A stretch of DNA of 64,000 bases from Bdellovibrio sp. Lineage in GTDB: Bacteria; Bdellovibrionota; Bdellovibrionia; Bdellovibrionales; Bdellovibrionaceae. This document shows, one piece after another, positions 8,879-19,473 of the stretch. The notes beneath the pieces are model-generated. The model was not told the DNA's origin, ran no database searches, and saw only the letters and a program-made list of their open reading frames with translations. The position numbers were made by a program, and so were the translations under genes. The stretch spans positions 288,001 through 352,000 of the forward strand of contig JAKFBS010000002.1 in assembly GCA_036677065.1 (NCBI GenBank), read 5' to 3'. Each line of letters opens with the position of its first letter. Position 1 is the first letter of the stretch.

Positions 8879-9301
8879 ATGTCGATGTTTACATTTACAC
8901 GCAATATTCACGTTTATGAGACTGATTTAATGGGGATCGTTCACCATTCAAATTATCTGCGTTTCTGCGAAGAAGCCCGCGTTGCATGGTGTAAGGCCTT
9001 TGTTGCCCATGAAAAAAGCGATTTTGAACATCAAAATATTTTCGATCTGACTGTGGTTGAAACGCACGTAAAACACAAAGCGCCAATTAAATATCGCGAC
9101 AATGTTCGAATCGAAGTGCAGGCGCAAACGACCGGAGTACTTTTACGGTTTCAATACAAAATTTTAAATGACACAGGTATTTGTGCCATTGCTGAAACTA
9201 GTCACTGTAGTGTAAATGAGAAATTAAAACCAAAGCGTCTGGCTCAGAAATATATCGACGCAGCTAAAAAGGATACCCCATGGATAGAAACCTGGCTTTA
9301 G
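8879..9301 (+). CDS. Acyl-CoA thioesterase (YbgC/4HBT hot-dog fold)
   Basis: Motif YETDLMGIVHHSNYLRFCEEAR; start uncertain (8879 or 8885). Confidence 0.85.
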   Translation: MSMFTFTRNIHVYETDLMGIVHHSNYLRFCEEARVAWCKAFVAHEKSDFEHQNIFDLTVVETHVKHKAPIKYRDNVRIEVQAQTTGVLLRFQYKILNDTGICAIAETSHCSVNEKLKPKRLAQKYIDAAKKDTPWIETWL

Positions 9302-10245
9302 AATTTGTACGTATTACCGAAGCAGCAGCAATAGCCTCAGCAAAATGGATTGGTTCAGGCCAAGAAAAAGCGGCAGACCAAGCGGCCGTAGACGCCATGA
9401 GAAAAGCCTTTGATTCTGTTCGTATGGATGGAACCGTGGTTATCGGCGAAGGCGAGCGCGATGAAGCTCCAATGTTATATATCGGCGAAAAAGTTGGTAA
9501 CAAAAGCGAAGACGCTCCTCAAATCGATATCGCTCTTGATCCTTTAGAGGGAACAACAATCTGTGCCACTGGCGGCGTCGGTTCAATCTCTGTAATGGCG
9601 ATGGCTGAACGTGGCGGCTTTTTACATGCTCCAGACACTTACATGGATAAAATTGCTGTTGGCCCAATGGCTAAAGGTTGTATTGATATCGATAAATCGG
9701 CGACTGAAAATTTAAATCGTATTTCTGAAGCCTTAAAAAAACCGGTGAATGAAATCACAGCGGTTATTTTAGATCGTCCTCGTCATAAAGATTTAATTGC
9801 CGAAGTTCGTAAAGCTGGCGCGCGCATTCACTTAATCGGTGATGGCGATGTTTCGGCAGCTGTTGCAGCTGCGTGGCCAGATTCAGGAGTCGATGTGTTG
9901 TTCGGTATTGGGGGCGCGCCTGAAGGAGTTATTTCAGCAGCAGCTATGCGTTGTTTAGGCGGAGACTTTCAAGGTCGCCTAAAATTCAGAAATGAAGAAG
10001 AAAAAGAGCGCGCATTACGTATGGGCGTGAAAGATTTAAATAAAAAATACTCATTAAATGAATTAGCGTCAGGGCATGTGATGTTCTGTGCAACAGGTGT
10101 AACTGATGGGCCTTTTTTAAAAGGTGTTAAAGTTTACCCTGGCCGCAAAGCGCGCACGCATTCAGTGGTTATGCGTTCACAAACTGGAACAATCAGAAAC
10201 GTAGAAACGTATCATGATTTTTCGGTAAAATCGGGTTTACTTTAG
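9280..10245 (+). CDS. glpX: Class II fructose-1,6-bisphosphatase
   Basis: VVIGEGERDEAPMLYIGE, DPLEGT, DGDV, GGAPEGV, ATGVTDG motifs. Confidence 0.95.
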   Translation: MDRNLALEFVRITEAAAIASAKWIGSGQEKAADQAAVDAMRKAFDSVRMDGTVVIGEGERDEAPMLYIGEKVGNKSEDAPQIDIALDPLEGTTICATGGVGSISVMAMAERGGFLHAPDTYMDKIAVGPMAKGCIDIDKSATENLNRISEALKKPVNEITAVILDRPRHKDLIAEVRKAGARIHLIGDGDVSAAVAAAWPDSGVDVLFGIGGAPEGVISAAAMRCLGGDFQGRLKFRNEEEKERALRMGVKDLNKKYSLNELASGHVMFCATGVTDGPFLKGVKVYPGRKARTHSVVMRSQTGTIRNVETYHDFSVKSGLL

Positions 10246-10249
10246 TTCA

Positions 10250-10531
10250 ATGGAATTGATTTGTTTTCGTTGTCAGAAAGGCAATAAAATCGATGGCAAG
10301 ATCGGGTACCGTGAAGAATGTTTTCACTGTAAAGCTGATCTTCATGCCTGCAAAAATTGCCATTTTTACGATGTAAAAGCTTACAACGAATGCCGCGAAC
10401 CATCTGCAGAAGTGGTGCGTGATAAAGAAAAATTTAATTTCTGTGATTTTTTTCAACCCGGTGGTCGCGGGCCTGCTCAAGATGAGAAGGCTAAACTAAA
10501 AGCAGCTGCCGATGCATTATTTAAAAAGTAA
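10250..10531 (+). CDS. Small Cys-rich putative metal-binding protein
   Basis: CxxC x3 plus two more Cys (CFRC, CFHC, CKNC, ECRE, NFCDFF). Confidence 0.8.
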   Translation: MELICFRCQKGNKIDGKIGYREECFHCKADLHACKNCHFYDVKAYNECREPSAEVVRDKEKFNFCDFFQPGGRGPAQDEKAKLKAAADALFKK

Positions 10532-10551
10532 TTAAAAGGAGATAACGGATT

Positions 10552-10986
10552 ATGGCAACAGCACAAACAACGGAAGTTTTTAACTGCACTCCAGAAGAGT
10601 TTTTCAAAGTCGTAGCCGATTTTGAAAAATACCCTGAATTTTTACCAGAAGTTAAATCTGTAAAAATCACGAAAAACGAAGGTTCAACTAAAGAAATGGA
10701 ATACAGCGTTTCACTAGTTAAAACTTTTAAATATAAATTAAAGGCCACAGAGGTTGCTCCTTCAAAAGTGGATTTTCACTTTGTGGAAGGCGATGTTTTC
10801 AAAACCATGAAAGGCAGCTGGAATATTGCCCCAGAAGGATCTGACAAATGTAAAGTCAACTACATGGTTGAGGCTACTTTTGGAATGTTTGTGCCTGGCC
10901 CCATGGCTAACACGCTGGTCAGTGTGAATTTGCCGATTATGATTAATAATTTTAAAAACCGAATCAAAAAAGTGTACGGGAAGTAA
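10552..10986 (+). CDS. SRPBCC/START-family (Coq10/RatA-like) protein
   Basis: VVADFEKYPEFLP, GSW motifs; strong AAGGAG RBS. Confidence 0.85.
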   Translation: MATAQTTEVFNCTPEEFFKVVADFEKYPEFLPEVKSVKITKNEGSTKEMEYSVSLVKTFKYKLKATEVAPSKVDFHFVEGDVFKTMKGSWNIAPEGSDKCKVNYMVEATFGMFVPGPMANTLVSVNLPIMINNFKNRIKKVYGK

Positions 10987-10989
10987 CTA

Positions 10990-11280
10990 GTGAGTAATAA
11001 CGAGAACGAAAAAAAAGATCCAAAAATCACCGACGCTATTAAAAAGATTCTGACGGCGGGTAGTCCGACTGATATTTCTAAAGAGCTTTTAACAACGGTG
11101 GTTGGTCAGGTTTTAAAAACTAAAGATGACATCACTTTAAAAGCTACAAACGAAATGGTTGCAATGATTCAAAAAATTGATTTTGTAAAAGAATTTTCGA
11201 AGTTTGCTGAAAATCACAAATTTAAGGTGTCAGCAGAAATTGAAATTCTAAAAAAAGAGGACCCAAAGCCTCAAGGTTAG
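10990..11280 (+). CDS. Hypothetical protein
   Basis: 96 aa ORF, GTG start, tightly packed in the operon. Confidence 0.7.
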   Translation: MSNNENEKKDPKITDAIKKILTAGSPTDISKELLTTVVGQVLKTKDDITLKATNEMVAMIQKIDFVKEFSKFAENHKFKVSAEIEILKKEDPKPQG

Positions 11281-11287
11281 GTCTCGT

Positions 11288-12712
11288 ATGGCTAGTTTTA
11301 AAACTTTTAATCCCACTTCAGGAGCTTTTTTAGAAGAGTATCCGTTTGCGACTGCGTCGGATATTTCTCGCAGTTTAGAAGGCTTGCAGATTGGTTTTTT
11401 GCGCTGGAAAGACTTAAGTTTTTCAGAACGTCAAAAAGCCCTGCGCCCCGCTGTAGGTTTATTTCATCAACACAAAGAAGAGTTAGCAAAATCAATCACC
11501 GAAGAAATGGGAAAACCCTACTTTCAATCCTTAGCCGAGATTGATAAAGCCTTACAGTCTCTAGAGCATATGTGCACAGCTCCTTGCCCAGAGCTTGATG
11601 TGCAAACTGTAAAAACTTTCAGTGACAGTGAAAAAACAAGTCATCAAATTTATCACAAACCAAAAGGTATTATTTTAGGCGTGATGCCGTGGAATTTTCC
11701 GTTCTGGCAGTCAGCGCGCATGATTTTTCCGGCTCTTTTAGCCGGCAATACTGTGCTTTTGAAACATTCTGAAAATACGCCAACCACCGGTCATTTTATT
11801 AAAAAAATTCTTTCTCAAGTCGAAGTTAAAAATATTTTTGATCATTTAATTTTTGACCATAGCTTAACTGAATCCGTGATTGCCGATCATCGCGTTCATG
11901 GCGTAAGTCTTACCGGTTCTGTTAAGGCCGGATATTTGCTCTCTGAATACGCCGGAAAACACATGAAGCGCGGGGTATTTGAATTAGGTGGCAGCGATGC
12001 TCACTTGGTCTTAAACGATGCCGATATTGTAAAAACTGCCGCTAACATTGCAAAATCCCGCCTACAAAACACAGGGCAAAGCTGTATCGCTGCAAAACGG
12101 GTGATTGTCGATCGCCAGATTTCTAATGAACTTATCGACCAGTTAGTCGTAAATTTTGATAAGCAAGTTTATGGCAACGTTTTTGACCGCAAAACCACAC
12201 TTGGGCCTTTGGCGCATCATCGGTTCAAGCCTGAAGATGAAGCGCGTTTTAGTTACGTAAAGCCGTTCTGTGAAGTGATCTACGAACGTTACCCCGATCA
12301 GGCCATTGTTAAATCTTTAGCCGAAGAGCCATCAAGACAAGCTTTTGTGCCGCTGCGAATTTTGAAAGTTAAAAAAGCCACTGATGAATTTATGAAGTAC
12401 ATGAAGAGCAATGAGTTCTTTTCGCCGACCTTAATCATTTTTGAATGTAACAACGTAGAAGATGGTTTAACTCTGGTAAATCATACTCAGTTTGGCCTTG
12501 GTGGCTCAGTTTATTCTGAAGATATTTTTCGTGCGCATGAAGTAGCCCAAAAATTTGAATCGGGTATGGTTTCAATTAACGACGCTGTAGCTTCGCATGT
12601 GATGTTGCCGTTTGGTGGCGTAAAATCATCGGGTATCGGGCGCGAAATGGGAATGCAGGGTTATACCGAATTTACCGACATTCAGGTCGTTACTACCAAC
12701 CGATTAAATTAA
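11288..12712 (+). CDS. NAD(P)-dependent aldehyde dehydrogenase (succinate-semialdehyde dehydrogenase-like)
   Basis: MPWNFP, LTGS, ELGGSD, GQSCIAAKR, PFGGVKSSG. Confidence 0.9.
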   Translation: MASFKTFNPTSGAFLEEYPFATASDISRSLEGLQIGFLRWKDLSFSERQKALRPAVGLFHQHKEELAKSITEEMGKPYFQSLAEIDKALQSLEHMCTAPCPELDVQTVKTFSDSEKTSHQIYHKPKGIILGVMPWNFPFWQSARMIFPALLAGNTVLLKHSENTPTTGHFIKKILSQVEVKNIFDHLIFDHSLTESVIADHRVHGVSLTGSVKAGYLLSEYAGKHMKRGVFELGGSDAHLVLNDADIVKTAANIAKSRLQNTGQSCIAAKRVIVDRQISNELIDQLVVNFDKQVYGNVFDRKTTLGPLAHHRFKPEDEARFSYVKPFCEVIYERYPDQAIVKSLAEEPSRQAFVPLRILKVKKATDEFMKYMKSNEFFSPTLIIFECNNVEDGLTLVNHTQFGLGGSVYSEDIFRAHEVAQKFESGMVSINDAVASHVMLPFGGVKSSGIGREMGMQGYTEFTDIQVVTTNRLN

Positions 12713-12715
12713 AAT

Positions 12716-13669
12716 ATGTCATGGAATGATTTTGAACACTCAATTTGGAAACAGTTAAAAAACGAAAATTTGCATGAATGTTCTGAATTTATTTTAGCTG
12801 TTTCAGGTGGTTTAGATTCAATGGTACTACTTCAAGCCATGCAGAAATTAAAACCCCAGGCTCAGCTGATCGTAGCTCATTTTCATCACGGTGAGAGCGA
12901 CGATGCGGCAATTATGGCCTACCGAGAACAAGCCATGCAGATGGTAAAATCATACTGTGATTCCAGTAATCTCAAGTTTTTTCCAGGTAAATCTTTAGAT
13001 AAATTATTCAGTGAAGACGAATTTCGCCAAAAACGCCTTCAGTTTTTTGCGCAGGTAAAAGCAGATTTTCCGCAGAGTGTTTTTGCGACCGCGCACCACA
13101 AGGATGATCTCTTAGAAACTTGGTTGTTGAAAATGATTCGCGGTAGCGGCCCTGAAGGTTTAGAAAATTTTAAATTTTGGAACCGGCAAACTTTAAGGCC
13201 ATTATTGTCATTCACAAAAGCTGAAATTCTAAGCTATGCTAAAGCTGAAGAATTAACTTGGGTAGACGATCCGTCGAATCAAACAAGCGACTATCTGCGT
13301 AATTGGTTGCGCAATGAATGGTTGAAAACTTTGGCTGATAAAGTTCCGGGTTCGTTGGCCAATTTAACGAATTCTTTTCAGCGATTAATTGATGAAATTA
13401 AAGATGCTGATCACTTGATAGATATTAATTATCAAAACAACTCGACCAAAGCCATATTTGATCGCACAGAATTTCTACAATTGAGCCACTCAGATCAATT
13501 TAAAACACTAGCAAAGTCTCTAAAAGGCATCGGCCAACGTGACTTTTCTCAAGGTCAACTAGAAGAAATAATTAAGCGCCTCGACAAAAATCAAAAAGAC
13601 ATCATATTTTGCATAGCAGGTGTTAATTGGTTTATTAACGCGCAGCAAGTTATGCTAGAATTTAAGTAA
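12716..13669 (+). CDS. tilS: tRNA(Ile)-lysidine synthase
   Basis: PP-loop AVSGGLDS, TAHHKDD, RPLL, DPSN, RNWLR; directly upstream of ftsH. Confidence 0.92.
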   Translation: MSWNDFEHSIWKQLKNENLHECSEFILAVSGGLDSMVLLQAMQKLKPQAQLIVAHFHHGESDDAAIMAYREQAMQMVKSYCDSSNLKFFPGKSLDKLFSEDEFRQKRLQFFAQVKADFPQSVFATAHHKDDLLETWLLKMIRGSGPEGLENFKFWNRQTLRPLLSFTKAEILSYAKAEELTWVDDPSNQTSDYLRNWLRNEWLKTLADKVPGSLANLTNSFQRLIDEIKDADHLIDINYQNNSTKAIFDRTEFLQLSHSDQFKTLAKSLKGIGQRDFSQGQLEEIIKRLDKNQKDIIFCIAGVNWFINAQQVMLEFK

Positions 13670-13724
13670 CTTGTAGATTCAAAAGAAGGAAGTCACGCAG
13701 GAAGCGTGCAAAAGGACTTTAACG

Positions 13725-15680
13725 ATGAAGACAAATCAAAAAACACTGGCCCTTTGGTTTTTTATTTTAATTATGTCGATTTTTGTTTTCCAGGCTTGGG
13801 AAATTAAACGTCAAAAAACAATTGCAGATTTTGATTATCCGAAATTCTTAAAAGCTGTTGAGCTAAAAGAAGTTAAAGATGACACGATCATTTTTATGCC
13901 AGATGCAAAAGTGATCCGCGGTGAAATCAAACCTGAGTTTGAAAAACGCTATGCTGGCCACCGCTTTGAATTTTCAGGCGATACTGATAAAGCTTACGAA
14001 GAAATCAAAAAATTTGGTTACATTCCAAAATATGAAAATGCACAAAGTGATAGTTTCTTATCGTCATTTTTTATTAACTGGTTACCGTTACTTTTAATCG
14101 TCGGTATGTTTATTTTTATCATGCGCCAAATTCAATCTGGTGGTGGCAAAGCGATGTCGTTTGGTAAATCACGTGCAAAGCTTGTCGAAAATAAGAATCG
14201 CGTGATGTTTAAAGACGTTGCCGGTGTTGATGAAGCAAAAGATGATTTACAAGAAATTGTTCACTTCTTAAAAGATCCGAAAAAGTTCACGAAACTTGGT
14301 GGTCGTATTCCTAAAGGGGTTTTATTAGTTGGTCCTCCGGGAACAGGTAAAACATTACTAGCTCGTGCTGTCGCTGGTGAAGCGGGTGCGCCATTCTTTA
14401 CAATCTCAGGTTCTGACTTCGTTGAAATGTTCGTGGGCGTGGGCGCAAGTCGCGTGCGTGATTTGTTTGAACAAGGTAAGAAAAATGCACCTTGTCTGAT
14501 CTTCATCGATGAGATCGATGCCGTAGGACGCCATCGTGGTGCTGGTATGGGTGGCGGGCACGATGAGCGTGAACAAACACTTAATCAGTTATTAGTTGAG
14601 ATGGATGGTTTTGAATCTACTGAAGGCGTAATTTTAATTGCAGCCACAAATCGACCAGACGTGCTTGATCCAGCATTACTTCGCCCAGGTCGTTTCGATC
14701 GTCGCGTTGTTGTTGGTAAGCCAGATCTTAAAGGTCGCGAACATATCTTAACTGTGCACATGAAAAAAACTCCACTTGGACCTGATGTTGATGTGACTAA
14801 GATTGCACGCGGAACACCTGGATTTTCTGGAGCTGATTTAGAAAACTTAGTGAATGAAGCAGCCTTAGTGGCAGCTCGTAATGATAAAAAATATCTTGAG
14901 ATGGAAGACTTCGAAAGAGCAAAAGACAAAGTCATCATGGGTGCGGAACGTAAATCAATGGTGATGTCTGAAGAAGACCGTAAAAATACGGCCTACCATG
15001 AAGCAGGACATACACTTGTGGGCGTTGTGCTTCCGGGTTTAGATCCCATTCACAAAGTGACTATTATCCCTCGTGGTATGGCATTAGGTCTTACGCAAAC
15101 TCTTCCAGAAAAAGATCAAGTTTCGTTTTCTAAACGTCAGGCAGAAAACTGGATCGCTTTTGCCTTTGGCGGACGAGCTGCTGAAGAATTAATTTTTACC
15201 GATTATACAACAGGTGCTGCCAATGATATCGAGCGTGCGACGAATATGGCTCGCAAAATGGTCACTGAATGGGGTATGTCTCCATTAGGCCCAATCGGAT
15301 ATGAATCAAATACCGGTCCTGTATTTTTAGGAATGGGACACGGAAACCAGCAAAAAAATTACTCTGAAGCGAAAGCTCAGGAGATTGATGCTCAGATTTC
15401 AAGTATCATCAACACAGGGTACGCAACAGCTGTTAAAATTTTAAAAGATCACCGTGAAGCTTTAGAGAAAATCACCCAAGCTTTATTAGAGTTTGAAACG
15501 ATTGATGGCGCTGAAGTTGATATGCTTGTTAAAGGTGCGGCAGTTTCAGAAATCCATAAAGTGCGTGCTAATAAAAAAGAATCAAGCTCATCTGGTGGTG
15601 GCGGACATCACGGCGTGATTATTGATCCTGATAACACATCGCCAATTCCTACAGGTAAAAAACCTGTACCAGTATCGTAA
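13725..15680 (+). CDS. ftsH: ATP-dependent zinc metalloprotease FtsH
   Basis: 2 TMs, [28 protein letters not shown]. Confidence 0.98.
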   Translation: MKTNQKTLALWFFILIMSIFVFQAWEIKRQKTIADFDYPKFLKAVELKEVKDDTIIFMPDAKVIRGEIKPEFEKRYAGHRFEFSGDTDKAYEEIKKFGYIPKYENAQSDSFLSSFFINWLPLLLIVGMFIFIMRQIQSGGGKAMSFGKSRAKLVENKNRVMFKDVAGVDEAKDDLQEIVHFLKDPKKFTKLGGRIPKGVLLVGPPGTGKTLLARAVAGEAGAPFFTISGSDFVEMFVGVGASRVRDLFEQGKKNAPCLIFIDEIDAVGRHRGAGMGGGHDEREQTLNQLLVEMDGFESTEGVILIAATNRPDVLDPALLRPGRFDRRVVVGKPDLKGREHILTVHMKKTPLGPDVDVTKIARGTPGFSGADLENLVNEAALVAARNDKKYLEMEDFERAKDKVIMGAERKSMVMSEEDRKNTAYHEAGHTLVGVVLPGLDPIHKVTIIPRGMALGLTQTLPEKDQVSFSKRQAENWIAFAFGGRAAEELIFTDYTTGAANDIERATNMARKMVTEWGMSPLGPIGYESNTGPVFLGMGHGNQQKNYSEAKAQEIDAQISSIINTGYATAVKILKDHREALEKITQALLEFETIDGAEVDMLVKGAAVSEIHKVRANKKESSSSGGGGHHGVIIDPDNTSPIPTGKKPVPVS

Positions 15681-15688
15681 AGTAATTA

Positions 15689-16507
15689 TTGATGAATTAC
15701 TTTCAAACATTCTGGGAAAATTTAATCTTTATCAGTTCACACCTGAGAGCGCAGGATGTCTTTGACATCTTGCTGGTGTGGTTAGTTATTTATCGCGTTC
15801 TGATGATTATTCGTCGTACTGGCACGGTGCAAATCTTGTCAGGCTTAGGGATTTTAGCGATCACTTATATCATGACGATATGGTTTGAGTTTTTCACGAT
15901 GAATTGGCTTTTAGAAAAATTCTTTTCAAATTTGTTTGTTATTATTGTCGTCCTGTTCCAGGCCGAGATTCGTAGGGCTTTAGCACAAATCGGAAGTCAT
16001 CCGCTCTTTTCGGATGTGTCTGCCGTGATGGAAACTCACATGGTCGAAGAGATCGCGAAAGGTGTAATTACCGCAGCCGAAAAAGGCTACGGCGCGCTTT
16101 TAGTGATCGAAAAAGACATTATGGTTGATTACCACATCGAAATCGGTACCGAAATGGATTCGCGCGTTTCGGCAGAGTTGATTCAGTCGATTTTTCACCC
16201 GCAAGCACCCATGCATGACGGGGCGGTTCTTATTCGTTCAGGTAAAATTGCTTATGCCGGTTGTTTTTTGCCGTTAAGTAAAAATCCGGCCTTAGATAAA
16301 AATTTAGGAACCCGTCACAGAGCAGCGATTGGTTTAACTGAAGAAACTGATGCCGTTGTGTTGGTGGTTTCTGAAGAAACTAAATCGATCAGTATCGTGA
16401 CCGGCGGGCATATGCGCCCGAATGTAGAATTGATTGATGTACGTATGGCTTTATACGAGGCTTTTGGTTTAAAATATAAAGTTCATCATCACGAAGGTGT
16501 TTCATAA
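15689..16507 (+). CDS. cdaA: Diadenylate cyclase CdaA (DacA)
   Basis: 3 N-terminal TMs; DAC motifs HDGA and GTRHRAA intact. Confidence 0.93.
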   Translation: MMNYFQTFWENLIFISSHLRAQDVFDILLVWLVIYRVLMIIRRTGTVQILSGLGILAITYIMTIWFEFFTMNWLLEKFFSNLFVIIVVLFQAEIRRALAQIGSHPLFSDVSAVMETHMVEEIAKGVITAAEKGYGALLVIEKDIMVDYHIEIGTEMDSRVSAELIQSIFHPQAPMHDGAVLIRSGKIAYAGCFLPLSKNPALDKNLGTRHRAAIGLTEETDAVVLVVSEETKSISIVTGGHMRPNVELIDVRMALYEAFGLKYKVHHHEGVS

Positions 16508-16917
16508 TGCCGCAACATCATGTCGATAAATTTCGTCTTTTTAGATCGTTTTTCTCTGATAACTTAAGTTATAAAGTGGTTTCATTATTTGTGGCTTTAA
16601 TCCTTTGGATTTCCATTCTTGGCCGTCGTGACTTTGTCACGACTAAGGAGATGGAAGTGACTTTTAGGCTTCCGCCGGGATATATGGTCGCGTCTCAAAG
16701 CCATGATAAACTTCGGGTTAAGATTTCAGGCTCGCAACCAGTGCTTAAAAAGTACAAAGATAGTTTTAAAAAAGTCGCATTTGATCTGGCTGATAGCGGT
16801 GAAGGCTTAGTTGAGATTGATGTTCCGAACAATCGCATTGATGTTCCGGATGGGGTTAAGGTTTTAAACGTGAAACCTAATGTGATTCGTGTTGAAATCG
16901 TTCGAATTAAAAACTAG
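16507..16917 (+). CDS. cdaR: CdaR/YbbR-like protein, single domain
   Basis: KVVSLFVALILW TM plus a YbbR-like beta domain; between cdaA and glmM. Confidence 0.75.
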   Translation: MPQHHVDKFRLFRSFFSDNLSYKVVSLFVALILWISILGRRDFVTTKEMEVTFRLPPGYMVASQSHDKLRVKISGSQPVLKKYKDSFKKVAFDLADSGEGLVEIDVPNNRIDVPDGVKVLNVKPNVIRVEIVRIKN

Positions 16918-16928
16918 AATCTGACTCT

Positions 16929-18326
16929 ATGTCAGACACTAAAAAAATCGTCGATAAAAAAATTGTAAAACTATTTGGTACAGATGGTATCCGCGGAACC
17001 GCTAATCAGTTTCCTATGGTTCCTGATGTGGTTGTAAAAATCGGGCAAGCGATCGGCTATTTGATCCGTACCGGACGAATCACTTCGACTTCAAAAAGTA
17101 AAAAAGTTGTCATCGGTAAAGACACGCGTCTTTCTGGGTATATGATCGAACAAGCTCTTGCCAGTGGTTTAAATTCAATGGGTATTTATGTGCAACTTGT
17201 AGGGCCATTACCAACGCCGGCGATTGGTTATTTAACTAAAACCATGCGCTCTGTGGCAGGTATTGTGATTTCAGCTTCGCATAATGCTTATCAAGATAAC
17301 GGCATTAAAATTTTTGGACCCGATGGTTTTAAATTAGATGACTCATTAGAAAAAGAAATCGAACGTTTAGTCAGTGAAGATAACTTATCAAGCTTGCTTC
17401 CAAAATCAAACGAAGTTGGCCGTACTCGCCGTATCGAAGATGCGCAAGGCCGATACATCGTGCATGCAAAAAGCACATTCCCTTTAGAATATACACTTGA
17501 AGGCATGCGTATTGTTTTAGACACCGCTCACGGTGCAGCTTATCGCGTAAGCCCTGCGATTTTTGAAGAGTTAGGCGCTGAAGTCATTCATTTGGGTTCT
17601 CAGCCCAACGGCACTAACATCAACGATAAATCAGGAGCCCTTCATCCTTCACAAATTGCCAACGCCGTTATTCAGTATCGTGCAGATGTGGGGATTGGTC
17701 TAGACGGCGATGCCGATCGCGTGGTGATGGTGGATGATGAAGGTAAAATCATGAATGGCGATAAAGTTATCGCGATTTGCGCGCTTCATATGAAACAAAA
17801 AAACATGTTAAAGAACAACACGATCGTTGTGACTCAAATGTCTAATTTTGCTTTAGAAAAGAAGATGAAAGATTTAGGTATTAAGACGATCAAAACGAAT
17901 GTGGGCGATAAACACGTTGTCGATGAAATGCGTAAAAATAACTATAATCTGGGTGGTGAACAATCTGGTCACATTATCTTTTTAGATCACACCACTACTG
18001 GTGACGGAACCGTTGCAGCTCTTAATGTTTTATCCGTGATGAAAGAATCCGGAAAAAAATTAAGTGAACTGGCAACGATTTTTGAAGATATGCCACAAGT
18101 CTTGATCAACTGCCGTGTTCGCCACAGAAAAGCTTTAGATGAAATTAAAGGTTACAATGAATTGATCGCGGCTAAAGAAAAAGAATTAAATAACGAAGGT
18201 CGTTTATTTATTCGTTTTTCTGGAACCGAGCCATTGATCCGAATTTTAGCCGAAGGCCCAAGTAAAGAAAAAATTTCTGCTATTGCAGAAGAGATCGCTT
18301 CATTTTTAGAGAAAGAATTAAGTTAA
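16929..18326 (+). CDS. glmM: Phosphoglucosamine mutase
   Basis: FGTDGIRG, ISASHN, DGDADR, GGEQSGH, RFSGTEP. Confidence 0.96.
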   Translation: MSDTKKIVDKKIVKLFGTDGIRGTANQFPMVPDVVVKIGQAIGYLIRTGRITSTSKSKKVVIGKDTRLSGYMIEQALASGLNSMGIYVQLVGPLPTPAIGYLTKTMRSVAGIVISASHNAYQDNGIKIFGPDGFKLDDSLEKEIERLVSEDNLSSLLPKSNEVGRTRRIEDAQGRYIVHAKSTFPLEYTLEGMRIVLDTAHGAAYRVSPAIFEELGAEVIHLGSQPNGTNINDKSGALHPSQIANAVIQYRADVGIGLDGDADRVVMVDDEGKIMNGDKVIAICALHMKQKNMLKNNTIVVTQMSNFALEKKMKDLGIKTIKTNVGDKHVVDEMRKNNYNLGGEQSGHIIFLDHTTTGDGTVAALNVLSVMKESGKKLSELATIFEDMPQVLINCRVRHRKALDEIKGYNELIAAKEKELNNEGRLFIRFSGTEPLIRILAEGPSKEKISAIAEEIASFLEKELS

Positions 18327-19048
18327 TGGGAAAAGTAAGACTTGGCGTAAATATTGATCATGCAGCCACTTTAAGGCAAGTTCGCGCAGCAACCACAAGC
18401 TATCCTAATATGTTAGAGATGGTGAAACTTGCAAAAGCAGGTGGTGCAAAGCAGATCACGATTCATTTGCGTGAAGACCGCAGACATATTCAAGATCACG
18501 ATGTGATTAGTTTGTGTAAAAAATCTCCTTTAGAAATTAACTTAGAGATGGGCGCTTCTCGCGAAATGCTAAAAATTGCTTTAAAGAATAAACCTGCTTG
18601 GGTGTGTATGGTTCCAGAAAAAAGAGCCGAGCTTACAACTGAAGGTGGATTAAATATCGTTAAAGGTTTTAAAAACCTAGAGACGATGACTCATCAATTG
18701 TCTGATGCAAAAATCAAAGTTTCTTTTTTTATTGAGCCAACATTAGATCAAGTTGAAGCCTCAGCATTAGCAGGCGCGCATGCTGTAGAATTTCACACAG
18801 GCCGTTGGGTGATGTTAACAGGTGCTAAGAAAAAAGCTGAATATAATAAGCTTGTGATTGCCGCTCTTGAGGCGCACCGTTTGGGCTTACGTGTACACGT
18901 AGGTCATGGTTTAGATTACGCGCATGCCAAGCTTATCAAAAAATTACCTCATTTAGTTGAAGCTAACATCGGTCATAGTTTGATTTGCTATTCTTTAACT
19001 GATGGATTGAAAACTTCAGTTAAAAAAATGGTGAAAGCTTTGAACTAG
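18326..19048 (+). CDS. pdxJ: Pyridoxine 5'-phosphate synthase
   Basis: LGVNIDH, HLREDRRHI, TTEGG, GHGL, NIGH. Confidence 0.96.
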   Translation: MGKVRLGVNIDHAATLRQVRAATTSYPNMLEMVKLAKAGGAKQITIHLREDRRHIQDHDVISLCKKSPLEINLEMGASREMLKIALKNKPAWVCMVPEKRAELTTEGGLNIVKGFKNLETMTHQLSDAKIKVSFFIEPTLDQVEASALAGAHAVEFHTGRWVMLTGAKKKAEYNKLVIAALEAHRLGLRVHVGHGLDYAHAKLIKKLPHLVEANIGHSLICYSLTDGLKTSVKKMVKALN

Positions 19049-19049
19049 A

Positions 19050-19472
19050 ATGTCGCGTGAACTTTTCTTTGTTCATTCGCTGTCAGACTGGGATAAGGTC
19101 GTCGCTTTTATAAAGCCAAAGCTTAAAGGTAAGAATTTATTTTTACTGGCGGGTGATCTGGGTGCTGGTAAAACCACCCTTGTTAGTTTGATCGCAAAAA
19201 CAATGAACATTCAGCTGGTAAGTTCACCTACGTTTTCACTTATTTCGCAGCATAAAAACCTAACCCACGTTGATCTGTACCGCCTAGAAAGCATGGAGGA
19301 AATCGATGCCACTGGTTTTTGGGAAATCTTCGAAGAAGAAGAAAATGTCGTTTTTGTCGAATGGGCGCAAAAGATTTCAGATGATCTGTGGCCGCTAGAT
19401 TGGGATATAACAAGAATTGCGATTAGTAAAAAATCTGAAAACTTACGCGAAGTTTTGATTATTGAAAGCTAA
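19050..19472 (+). CDS. tsaE: tRNA t6A biosynthesis ATPase TsaE
   Basis: GDLGAGKTT, SPTF, HVDLYRL, VEW. Confidence 0.93.
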   Translation: MSRELFFVHSLSDWDKVVAFIKPKLKGKNLFLLAGDLGAGKTTLVSLIAKTMNIQLVSSPTFSLISQHKNLTHVDLYRLESMEEIDATGFWEIFEEEENVVFVEWAQKISDDLWPLDWDITRIAISKKSENLREVLIIES

Positions 19473-19473
19473 C

